From a virus, in the IMG/VR virus record IMGVR_UViG_3300037493_007233, positions 1 to 64,000 of that record: a DNA stretch of 64,000 bases; one strand, written 5' to 3'. Made by a program: the position numbers and the translations under genes. Positions 1 through 6,108 of this stretch are shown here, piece after piece. How positions within the stretch are numbered: position 1 is the first letter of the stretch; the number at the start of each line of letters is the position of its first letter. Under the pieces are notes generated by a model. It worked only from the letters and a program-made list of their open reading frames with translations. It searched no databases and was not told the origin of the DNA.

Positions 1-5
1 TCCAG

Positions 6-90
6 CGGAAGGTGAGGGGATCGAACCCTCGCGGCTTTTACACCCTACCTGTTTAGCAAACAGGCCCCTTCACCACTTGGGTAACCTTCC
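6..90 (-). tRNA. tRNA-Ser(GCT)
   Basis: Cloverleaf GGAAGGT..ACCTTCC G, anticodon arm CCTGT-TTGCTAA-ACAGG, long variable arm, GGTTCGATCC T-loop. Confidence 0.95.
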
Positions 91-92
91 TT

Positions 93-168
<76 letters not shown>

Positions 169-173
169 ATTTG

Positions 174-284
174 TAGCCAGGGCAGGAGTTGAACCTGCAG
201 TACCGAATTAGTGCACTTACGGCGTTCGTCCTCTGTATGTTTCAACTTCACTGGACTAAGCGTCTTCCATTCCGCCACCTGACT
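174..284 (-). ncRNA. tRNA-like RNA with intact acceptor, D and T arms but oversized (~42 nt) anticodon loop
   Basis: AGTCAGG/CCTGGCT acceptor, GGCGGAATGGAAGACGC D arm, GCAGG-TTCAACT-CCTGC T arm, TTAGT/ACTAA closing a long insert. Confidence 0.75.
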
Positions 285-288
285 AAAT

Positions 289-360
289 AGTGGAGCGTCA
301 CTTATTTCTAAGTTATCCACTTCGGTTACGTTATCTTTCGATAAGAGGCTTTACCGAGCC
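289..360 (-). ncRNA. candidate small structured RNA with two GAAA-capped hairpins
   Basis: TCGGT..TTATC-GAAA-GATAA..ACCGA and AGTGGA..ACTTA-GAAA-TAAGT..TCCACT between two tRNA-like RNAs. Confidence 0.4.
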
Positions 361-365
361 CAAGG

Positions 366-523
366 TAGTCAGGACAGGATTTGAACCTGTATGTTATACC
401 AAATGGTTAGGGTTATATTGCTCTCTTGCGTCCAAGAGATAATGTAGTAGTTCACATCTACGCCGCACCCTCTGTGTTTGATAGTATAACTCCATTAGCG
501 TCTACCAATTCCGCCACCTGACT
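366..523 (-). ncRNA. tRNA-like RNA with branched ~85 nt domain in place of the anticodon loop
   Basis: AGTCAGG/CCTGACT acceptor, GGCGGAATTGGTAGACGC D arm, ACAGG-TTCAAAT-CCTGT T arm; AATGG/CCATT and GTTATA/TATAAC stems enclose GTAG..CTAC and CTCTTG..CAAGAG hairpins. Confidence 0.75.
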
Positions 524-531
524 ATTTAATT

Positions 532-620
532 GTAAACCAGCTCTTTAGCATTCTACTTCTTGCAAAGAGAAATTGTATCTAACTTAGCCCTGCTCCAGCA
601 ATACGGGTACTAAAGTTTAC
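532..620 (-). ncRNA. candidate structured RNA (multi-stem)
   Basis: Closing GTAAAC/GTTTAC; internal TTAGTACCC..GGGCTAA and CTCTTTGCA..TGCTAAAGAG hairpins. Confidence 0.4.
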
Positions 621-632
621 TGATTTAATTTC

Positions 633-654
633 TTTCCAACATGTCAAAGACCTC
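633..654 (-). promoter_or_regulatory. boxA-like antitermination element
   Basis: GAGGTCTTTGACATGTTGGAAA, nearly repeated at 5446-5467, just downstream of a TATTATTG promoter-like element (671-678). Confidence 0.55.
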
Positions 655-720
655 TTTGTTTTTGATACCTCAATAATAAGCAAGTGTTTCGCTAAGAAAA
701 AATAAAACTTGATTTTTTTG

Positions 721-791
721 CACGGGTACCAGGATTCGAACCCAGATCAAAGGTTTTGGAGACCCTTATTCTACCATTGAACTATACCCGT
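721..791 (-). tRNA. tRNA-Trp(CCA)
   Basis: ACGGGTA/TACCCGT, anticodon loop CTCCAAA, GGTTCGAATCC. Confidence 0.93.
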
Positions 792-796
792 AAATA

Positions 797-930
797 AGGA
801 AAAGAGAAGATGGTTCAGTGGACATCTCTTTTTACAATCGGCATTACTCTGGTTTATACCTGTAAACTCCGATAGTAACGACCGATATAAACTCTTGAGT
901 CATAGTTACTATCATTCCCCGATTAACCTT
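797..930 (-). ncRNA. candidate structured RNA (~135 nt)
   Basis: Nested stems AAGG/CCTT, AATCGG/CCGATT, GATAGTAAC/GTTACTATC, AAAAGAGATG/CATCTTCTCTTTT. Confidence 0.5.
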
Positions 931-933
931 TGC

Positions 934-1005
934 TAACATGTGTGGATTCGAACCACTTAAATCCTGTCTTTAAACAAAATTTCTAACCGATTTAGAATAC
1001 ATGCC
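934..1005 (-). tRNA. atypical or pseudo-tRNA (anticodon loop not 7 nt; TAA/TTA-like)
   Basis: GGCATGT/ACATGTT acceptor, TTCT/AGAA D stem, GTGG-TTCGAAT-CCAC T arm, weak TTTTG/CAGGA stem with 8-nt loop TTTAAAGA. Confidence 0.55.
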
Positions 1006-1022
1006 ATATTTAATTCCACAAC

Positions 1023-1655
1023 TTATTTTCTGCCTAAATACCAACCCTGTGGGAGATCTTCTCCTTTTTTTATTTTTTTATCTTCAGTGCCGTTTGTTAT
1101 CCATCTAGTACCGTATTGTGAATTTTTGTCGCCAGTTCTAAGTGAAGCTTTTTCACTCATTTTTTGTTTGGTTTCTTCTGAATGTTTTAAACCGTACCAG
1201 GAGAAACCTTTGTTTCTCCCATCAGAATAAGATTTTTTTAAAGCAGCTGACATGGATTTCGAATATGATTCTGCCCAGTTTGGATCTTTTCTTAATTCAT
1301 TTAATTTTTGGTGCGCTGCTTCAACACCCGCTGCTTGGAATTTTTTGGAATGCTCTTCAGAATGAAATCCCCCGCCTCCGCCCAACTGTAAATTCATACA
1401 CATAGGATTCTCAAGAAATTGCTCATTCACAATCTCCTTTTCTCTTTCTGCTAGAAGTATTCTATTAGGTAAAAATTCCAATATTTTTTTTTCATGATTT
1501 TCTAAACCATTCTTCCGTATTGAATACCAGAGTTTTTTGCCACTCCCTAGGTACCCATCATCTAGGTTATCAGTGGAATGCATACCTATGTAAAATTTAT
1601 TATCAATTTTACAGGTCGTCATGTAAATATAGTGGTACTTTTTCTCCTTTCTCAC
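1023..1655 (-). CDS. free-standing GIY-YIG (Seg-like) homing endonuclease with NUMOD3
   Basis: YIY..FYIGMH..YLGSG, conserved E and N; KHSEETKQKMS motif; lies between tRNAs. Confidence 0.88.
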   Translation of the reverse strand: MRKEKKYHYIYMTTCKIDNKFYIGMHSTDNLDDGYLGSGKKLWYSIRKNGLENHEKKILEFLPNRILLAEREKEIVNEQFLENPMCMNLQLGGGGGFHSEEHSKKFQAAGVEAAHQKLNELRKDPNWAESYSKSMSAALKKSYSDGRNKGFSWYGLKHSEETKQKMSEKASLRTGDKNSQYGTRWITNGTEDKKIKKGEDLPQGWYLGRK

Positions 1656-1703
1656 TTACTTGTACTTGTTTTGACTATATATCAAAACAGAGGTACGTAA
1701 ATG
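1653..1703 (-). promoter_or_regulatory. start-codon-sequestering hairpin with GATATATA promoter motif at its loop
   Basis: Imperfect inverted repeat (TGTTTTGA/TCAAAACA core) overlapping the GTG start of 1023..1655. Confidence 0.6.
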
Positions 1704-1711
1704 TTGGCAGT

Positions 1712-1792
1712 TGGTAGAGAGGGATTCGAACCCCCGTACTCCGAAGAGAGCAGAGTTACAGTCTGCCGCCTTTAACCACTCGGCCACCTACC
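1712..1792 (-). tRNA. tRNA-Tyr(GTA)
   Basis: GCAGA-CTGTAAC-TCTGC, variable arm CTC-TTCG-GAG, GGTTCGAATCC. Confidence 0.95.
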
Positions 1793-1802
1793 AATTTAAT
1801 TT

Positions 1803-1997
1803 TTAGTCTTCTTTCTTAGCCTTCCTCCACTCGAGATAAAATCCTAATGCAACCAGAATATTCATTCCGAATGAAGCAAGAATTTCGTGGATGTCTTCAT
1901 AGATGTTCATCGTAAGGTGAACGTGTCCGACCATCCAAAAGGGAATGGAAAGATTTGATGCCACCCAAACGATAAAGAAGTGCAAGAATTTTTTCAT
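1803..1997 (-). CDS. small predicted membrane protein
   Basis: Two hydrophobic segments, fills the gap between tRNAs. Confidence 0.6.
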   Translation of the reverse strand: MKKFLHFFIVWVASNLSIPFWMVGHVHLTMNIYEDIHEILASFGMNILVALGFYLEWRKAKKED

Positions 1998-2010
1998 GAC
2001 CTTAGATTTG

Positions 2011-2084
2011 CTCCCCGACCTGGACTCGAACCAGGGACCTACTGATTAACAGTCAGTTGCTCTAACCTACTGAGCTATCGAGGA
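2011..2084 (-). tRNA. tRNA-Asn(GTT)
   Basis: ACTGA-CTGTTAA-TCAGT, GGTTCGAGTCC. Confidence 0.95.
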
Positions 2085-2090
2085 ATATTG

Positions 2091-2164
2091 TGGACCGTAA
2101 CGGATTCGAACCGTTGACCCCCTGCGTGCAAGGCAGGTGCTCTAGCCAACTGAGCTAACAGCCC
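2091..2164 (-). tRNA. tRNA-Ala(TGC)
   Basis: G3:U70 pair, CCTGC-CTTGCAC-GCAGG. Confidence 0.95.
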
Positions 2165-2170
2165 AACTAA

Positions 2171-2344
2171 TTAAATGAAAAGAAAAATATCCCCATGAAT
2201 GTTGTCCCATTCATCAACTTCAGGATCACTGCACTGACAAGAATTTTCTCTCTCTTTGTCAGGATCATAAATTCCTGTTTCTTGGTAAGCATTTGCCATT
2301 TCGATTAATTCTTTGCTTTCCTGTGGGGTTTCATTGTTTTTCAT
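2171..2344 (-). CDS. small acidic hypothetical protein, 57 aa (MKNNETPQES...DIFLFI), not in ORF track
   Basis: Open ATG..TAA frame filling the tRNA-Pro to tRNA-Ala spacer. Confidence 0.5.
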   Translation of the reverse strand: MKNNETPQESKELIEMANAYQETGIYDPDKERENSCQCSDPEVDEWDNIHGDIFLFI

Positions 2345-2374
2345 TTCATGAGGTTTGTTATTTTTGTTTTTTGT

Positions 2375-2450
2375 TGGTCAGGGGGGCCCGGCTCGAACGG
2401 GCGGCCTCCTGGTCCCAAACCAGGCGATCTACCAACTGATCTACACCCTG
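2375..2450 (-). tRNA. tRNA-Pro(TGG), CCA encoded
   Basis: CCTGG-TTTGGGA-CCAGG, ends ACCA. Confidence 0.93.
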
Positions 2451-2641
2451 AATTTTTTAAGTGCCTCTTTAGATTTATCTTCAATCCAATTTAAATCGTA
2501 CTTAAACTCCTTCCAATTATCAAAATCCCTTAATTGTTCTATTACTTCCAAGGGAACTAAAACAAATCCTTCTGGCGCAATACCATCAAATTTATGATAG
2601 CTAGAGTTTAAAATTTTATATTCGACTGGATCTTCGCTCAT
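2441..2641 (-). CDS. hypothetical protein
   Basis: ORF track; phage-like composition; last codons overlap tRNA-Pro. Confidence 0.55.
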   Translation of the reverse strand: MSEDPVEYKILNSSYHKFDGIAPEGFVLVPLEVIEQLRDFDNWKEFKYDLNWIEDKSKEALKKFRV

Positions 2642-2659
2642 ATCTAATTTTTATTTTAG

Positions 2660-2730
2660 TAGCGGGGGAAGGTAACGCTCCTCCTACACACCTTGGCTTA
2701 TGAGGCCAGGCTGCTACTAAGCTCCCCGCG
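2660..2730 (-). tRNA. atypical initiator-type tRNA-Met(CAT)
   Basis: C1:U72 mismatch, CTCATAA loop, shrunken D arm GCT-TAGT-AGC, non-canonical T loop AGCGTTA. Confidence 0.7.
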
Positions 2731-2756
2731 ATATTGAAAAAGTGTTAAAACTTTAG

Positions 2757-2828
2757 TAGCCCGTAGGGGAATCGAACCCCTCTTACCAGGATGAAAACCT
2801 GGCGTCCTAACCGATAGACGAACGGGCC
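2757..2828 (-). tRNA. tRNA-Glu(TTC)
   Basis: CCAGG-TTTTCAT-CCTGG, GGTTCGATTCC. Confidence 0.95.
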
Positions 2829-2833
2829 AAATA

Positions 2834-2887
2834 CAGGATCGCTTTTTTTCGATATTGGAGATCAAATAAATTTGCTGAATCGATCCT
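2834..2887 (-). ncRNA. TTCAGCAA-motif RNA, copy 1 (candidate Y-RNA-like)
   Basis: AGGATCG-ATTCAGCAAA...CGATCCT-G terminal stem. Confidence 0.65.
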
Positions 2888-2894
2888 AAATTTT

Positions 2895-3428
2895 TTATGC
2901 TCTCTTAAGAGTTACTATAGTAAAATATGCTTTTTCATCAAGGCAAAATTCAATATCCTCTGGATATGTGCAATCGTAATGGCTAAGATCAGAATCATAG
3001 ATACCTTTTGCTATGCCTTTTTTAAACTCCATCTCGTCATTTACGTTCACGGGGGAAATGGAGCATTTAAGAATTTTCGGTAGGTATTTAGACTCTAGTA
3101 ACTTATGATGCTCTTGAAGTTCTCTCCATTCTTTTGAATGGTCACTTTTGTCTTGAACGAGCTGGTACCATTTTTCTTGTAGTTCCAGATGTTTCTGATG
3201 CTCTTCAAGTGTTACAGAAATTACTTTTGAAGAATGAATACTATCTACCGCCAGTGTAGGAAGCCAATTTCTAGCAATCTCCTCGCCGACGTAAAATCCA
3301 AGCTGGTATTCCAAGCTCATAGACTTAATACGATCGATCCTTTTTTGCTTTAATCCCTCATCAAGTTCTGGCGATCTATCTTCCTGAAACCGATGAGTAA
3401 GTTTTCTTGCCGTTGTTTCTTTTTTCAT
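2895..3428 (-). CDS. hypothetical protein
   Basis: 177 aa ORF between tRNAs. Confidence 0.7.
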   Translation of the reverse strand: MKKETTARKLTHRFQEDRSPELDEGLKQKRIDRIKSMSLEYQLGFYVGEEIARNWLPTLAVDSIHSSKVISVTLEEHQKHLELQEKWYQLVQDKSDHSKEWRELQEHHKLLESKYLPKILKCSISPVNVNDEMEFKKGIAKGIYDSDLSHYDCTYPEDIEFCLDEKAYFTIVTLKRA

Positions 3429-3430
3429 AA

Positions 3431-3507
3431 TGGCGGCCCGTACGGGACTCGAACCCGTGACCTCCGCCGTGACAGGGCGGCATTGTAACCATCTCTACTA
3501 ACGAGCC
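3431..3507 (-). tRNA. tRNA-Asp(GTC), CCA encoded
   Basis: CCGCC-CTGTCAC-GGCGG, ends GCCA. Confidence 0.95.
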
Positions 3508-3512
3508 AATTT

Positions 3513-3615
3513 AAAAGTCTCCCACGATTCTTTACCCCTTAAGGTAGTCCAGGATTTGAACCTGCCAAAACCGTTTATTTTTTCTTGCCACACCCACTAC
3601 GGACAGGAGATTTTT
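3513..3615 (-). ncRNA. candidate structured RNA containing an isolated T arm
   Basis: Closing AAAATCTCC/GGAGACTTTT, GTAGT/ACTAC, CAGG-TTCAAAT-CCTG. Confidence 0.45.
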
Positions 3616-3619
3616 TTTG

Positions 3620-3693
3620 TGACCCCGATGCGACTCGAACGCATAACCCCCGCATTAAAAGTGCGGTGCTCTAACCAATTGAGCTACGAGGTC
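3620..3693 (-). tRNA. tRNA-Lys(TTT)
   Basis: CCGCA-CTTTTAA-TGCGG. Confidence 0.95.
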
Positions 3694-3741
3694 TGAAGTT
3701 TGTCACTTTCAGTTTTCATAGGACCTTTTTTAATTTGTTTG

Positions 3742-3812
3742 TTACCCCTGATGGATTCGAACCACCATTAACTGGACCAAAACCAGTTGTCCTGCCGTTA
3801 GACGAAAGGGTA
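3742..3812 (-). tRNA. tRNA-Gln(TTG)
   Basis: ACTGG-TTTTGGT-CCAGT, U1-A72. Confidence 0.93.
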
Positions 3813-3822
3813 ATTTAAACTG

Positions 3823-3896
3823 TGGGCCCAGAGGGACTCGAACCCCCGACCAATTGATTATGAGTCAACTGCTCTAACCGACTGAGCTATGGGCCC
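3823..3896 (-). tRNA. tRNA-Ile2/Met(CAT)
   Basis: GGGCCCA acceptor typical of lysidine tRNA-Ile2, GTTGA-CTCATAA-TCAAT. Confidence 0.9.
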
Positions 3897-3902
3897 TAAA
3901 AA

Positions 3903-3959
3903 CGGGATGGTTTTTTCTTTTTTCAAATAAAAGTTTGGGTAATTTGCTGAACCCATCCC
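3903..3959 (-). ncRNA. TTCAGCAA-motif RNA, copy 2
   Basis: GGGATGG-GTTCAGCAAA...CCATCCC-G, compensatory changes relative to copy 1. Confidence 0.65.
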
Positions 3960-3961
3960 TT

Positions 3962-4037
3962 TGGAGCAGCAGACAGGATTTGAACCTGCGACCCCAACCT
4001 TGGCAAGGTTGTGCTCTACCAACTGAGCTACTGCTGC
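3962..4037 (-). tRNA. tRNA-Gly(GCC), CCA encoded
   Basis: CAACC-TTGCCAA-GGTTG, ends TCCA. Confidence 0.95.
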
Positions 4038-4040
4038 ATT

Positions 4041-4222
4041 ATGCCCCTTTTATTCGGTTAAGAAGGCGGGCAAAAGATAAGTTGATCTTAGCTGATCAGG
4101 CCAAACTTATCTCATATTCCTTAGGGTAACGAACCCACGACTGATATCGTTCACCGTCCGAAAAAACGTTCTTTTCTAATTTTATTACACTGCAGAAAAG
4201 AATAAAGATGCCGTGCGTGTGG
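4041..4222 (-). ncRNA. candidate multi-hairpin structured RNA
   Basis: TTCTTTTCT/AGAAAAGAA, ACGA/TCGT, GGGT-TCGTT-ACCC, AGATAAGTT/AACTTATCT, GCCC..GGGC hairpins. Confidence 0.4.
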
Positions 4223-4912
4223 TTAATCCTCGTCGAGATTATTATCTTTTTTAAAAAAAACCATTTTCATTCCGGATTTCCATCCTTCTTGAAGGTATTT
4301 TTCTATTTCCCCTTTTTTTATTCTTTTGTTAATTAGGTCTTCTGTGTTATGAATCCAACAGGTTCCAAATTGTGAATTCAATTCTGCTTTTTGAGCTCTA
4401 GAACTATTTTCACCGATTTTTCTTTTCGTTTCATCGGTGTGTTTTTTTCCTTTAAAAGATTTCATTGCTCCACCTAATAGCCTTTTTGAAATTTCTGGAT
4501 CGGACCAAAGCTTTTTCATAACTTCTGAAGAAACCAATTTCATTTTCGCGATGTAGTTGGGATCTTTCCAAACTTTTTCCGAAGTTTTTTTTGCGCCTTT
4601 GATAAGTTGTTCCTGTGTAAATCCAACATCTCCACCCTTACATAAATTCATACACATAGGATCGGCAAGAAGATCCTCGTTAACTATCTCGATTTCCCGG
4701 TCAGAAAGCTCTTTTCTAGTTTTAAAGAATTCAAGATATTCTATTCTAAAATTTTCTTTTCCGTGGTATTTTATTTTATGCCATAATTTATGTCCGCTTC
4801 CTAGATAGCCATCATCTAGATTATCGGTAGAGTGCATTCCAATGTAATATGACAAGTCAACTATACAAGTTGTTTTATATAAAACATTGAATTTTTTATC
4901 TTTCCTTGACAT
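4223..4912 (-). CDS. free-standing GIY-YIG homing endonuclease with NUMOD3 (paralog of 1023..1655)
   Basis: YYIGMHSTDNLDDGYLGSG nearly identical to the first HEG; GKKHTDETKRKI. Confidence 0.88.
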   Translation of the reverse strand: MSRKDKKFNVLYKTTCIVDLSYYIGMHSTDNLDDGYLGSGHKLWHKIKYHGKENFRIEYLEFFKTRKELSDREIEIVNEDLLADPMCMNLCKGGDVGFTQEQLIKGAKKTSEKVWKDPNYIAKMKLVSSEVMKKLWSDPEISKRLLGGAMKSFKGKKHTDETKRKIGENSSRAQKAELNSQFGTCWIHNTEDLINKRIKKGEIEKYLQEGWKSGMKMVFFKKDNNLDED

Positions 4913-4959
4913 TTTGTACTTCCGTTTATCTTATATATCCAAACGGAAGTACAAAATGT
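4909..4959 (-). promoter_or_regulatory. perfect 19-bp hairpin covering HEG start codon, GATATATA promoter motif in loop
   Basis: ACATTTTGTACTTCCGTTT (4909-4927) / AAACGGAAGTACAAAATGT (4941-4959). Confidence 0.75.
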
Positions 4960-4965
4960 TGAGCG

Positions 4966-5038
4966 AGCGGGAGACGAGATTCGAACTCGCGACCTATAGC
5001 TTGGAAGGCTATAGCTCTACCAACTGAGCTACTCCCGC
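4966..5038 (-). tRNA. tRNA-Gly(TCC)
   Basis: ATAGC-CTTCCAA-GCTAT. Confidence 0.95.
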
Positions 5039-5041
5039 AGG

Positions 5042-5088
5042 TTTGAGTAGACCCGGGCCCGATGGGCCCTTTTTAAGATCTACTCAAA
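5042..5088. repeat. nested inverted repeat / hairpin
   Basis: TTTGAGTAGA..TCTACTCAAA enclosing GGGCCC-GAT-GGGCCC. Confidence 0.55.
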
Positions 5089-5090
5089 GT

Positions 5091-5176
5091 CAGGATAGTG
5101 TTTAACTCCTAGTTTCCTAGGAGTATCGGAATTGAACCGATTGTATCCTAATAGTTTCAATTGCTGAATCTATCCT
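5091..5176 (-). ncRNA. TTCAGCAA-motif RNA, copy 3, with internal T arm and closed acceptor-like hairpin
   Basis: AGGATAG-ATTCAGCAA..ATCGG-TTCAATT-CCGAT-ACTCCTAG-GAAA-CTAGGAGT..CTATCCT-G. Confidence 0.72.
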
Positions 5177-5267
5177 TGGCGGAGGCTGAGGGATTCGAAC
5201 CCCCGGACCGGTTCCCCGGTCTTCAGTTTTCAAGACTGACGCAATCGACCAACTCTGCCAAACCTCC
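5177..5267 (-). tRNA. tRNA-Ser(TGA), CCA encoded
   Basis: TCAGT-CTTGAAA-ACTGA, long variable arm. Confidence 0.95.
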
Positions 5268-5358
5268 GAATTGACTCTAAGCTGATCTGACGGTAAGCTT
5301 TCGAGTACTGTTAAATATTATACGAAAGAAATTAAAAATGTTTCTTTCTTATAATTTG

Positions 5359-5431
5359 AGCCTCCTGACGGACTCGAACCGCCGACCATCTGATTACAAA
5401 TCAGAAGCTCTACCAACTGAGCTAAGGAGGC
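5359..5431 (-). tRNA. tRNA-Thr(TGT)
   Basis: TCTGA-TTTGTAA-TCAGA. Confidence 0.95.
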
Positions 5432-5445
5432 CTCAAGGCCTTTTT

Positions 5446-5493
5446 TTTCCAATACGTCAAAGAACTCCTTTTTTCTTTACTGCCGCAAACGTA
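5446..5493 (-). promoter_or_regulatory. Bacteroidota-type promoter (-7 TACGTTTG) followed by boxA-like element
   Basis: TAnnTTTG at 5486-5493; GAGTTCTTTGACGTATTGGAAA at 5446-5467. Confidence 0.6.
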
Positions 5494-5549
5494 CTGTGTT
5501 TCGGCGTATTGAAAAAACGATTCAATCTTTTTTTAGAAGATTGGATTTG

Positions 5550-5989
5550 TGGAGCTGGCGGGTTTCGAACCCGCGTCCAGCTAGATAAATCCTAAAAACT
5601 TCATTCACAGGCTTAGTTAATTTTTCTAAACTAACAAAATTTACCACCTATTTTTTTGGACTGAGATTGGTGATGATACTCAGCGGAGAACGCTAGCAGC
5701 GATCTAAAGGGTATTGGCTTGCGCCTCAGGGTTACTGATCATTCTCCAAAGCGGTACTGTTAACCCTTATTCCCGCAATTACAACTTTCTGTTCCCAGGC
5801 TGTTGCCGCCCAACGCTTAGGCTACTGCTAGAGCAACTTCAGCTTCCTTTTGAGGAACTAGTCCCGCAAGGATGAAAAATGGATTTTCGCCATTTGTTGT
5901 TTTACATAGGTTATTTAAGAGTTTCCAATGCTAACTCTGCCTGCATCAATTCAAAGAACTTTGACCTCCTGTCGATTCCATTCAGCCCC
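5550..5989 (-). ncRNA. ssrA: tmRNA, tag (A)GENPFFILAGLVPQKEAEVALAVA
   Basis: 5' GGGGCTGAATGGAATCGAC, 3' GACGCGGGTTCGAAACCCGCCAGCTCCA with G3:U; tag frame 5891..5817. Confidence 0.93.
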
Positions 5990-6007
5990 ATTTGTTTTTT
6001 AGAGCCG

Positions 6008-6015
6008 CAAAGATA
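6008..6015 (-). promoter_or_regulatory. Bacteroidota-type -7 element TATCTTTG upstream of tmRNA
   Basis: Matches TAnnTTTG ~20 nt before the tmRNA 5' end. Confidence 0.55.
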
Positions 6016-6049
6016 CCGAATTTGTTTTGCTTAAAAAAACGAATCCAAT

Positions 6050-6081
6050 AAAAAACCCAAATCTTTTTAGGATTTGGGTTT
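6050..6081 (-). terminator. intrinsic terminator, part of putative attenuator
   Basis: AAACCCAAATC-CTAAAAA-GATTTGGGTTT followed by U run. Confidence 0.8.
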
Positions 6082-6108
6082 GTGGCTCTGTAAAATTCTT
6101 TCAAAAAT

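Noticed and set aside
2171-2344. Structured ncRNA between tRNA-Pro and tRNA-Ala
   Set aside because: Several short stems exist, but an open 57-codon frame spans the whole spacer; treated as a small CDS.
1023-4912. HEGs as group I intron-encoded
   Set aside because: Flanking tRNAs are intact and no intron core was recognised; they appear free-standing.
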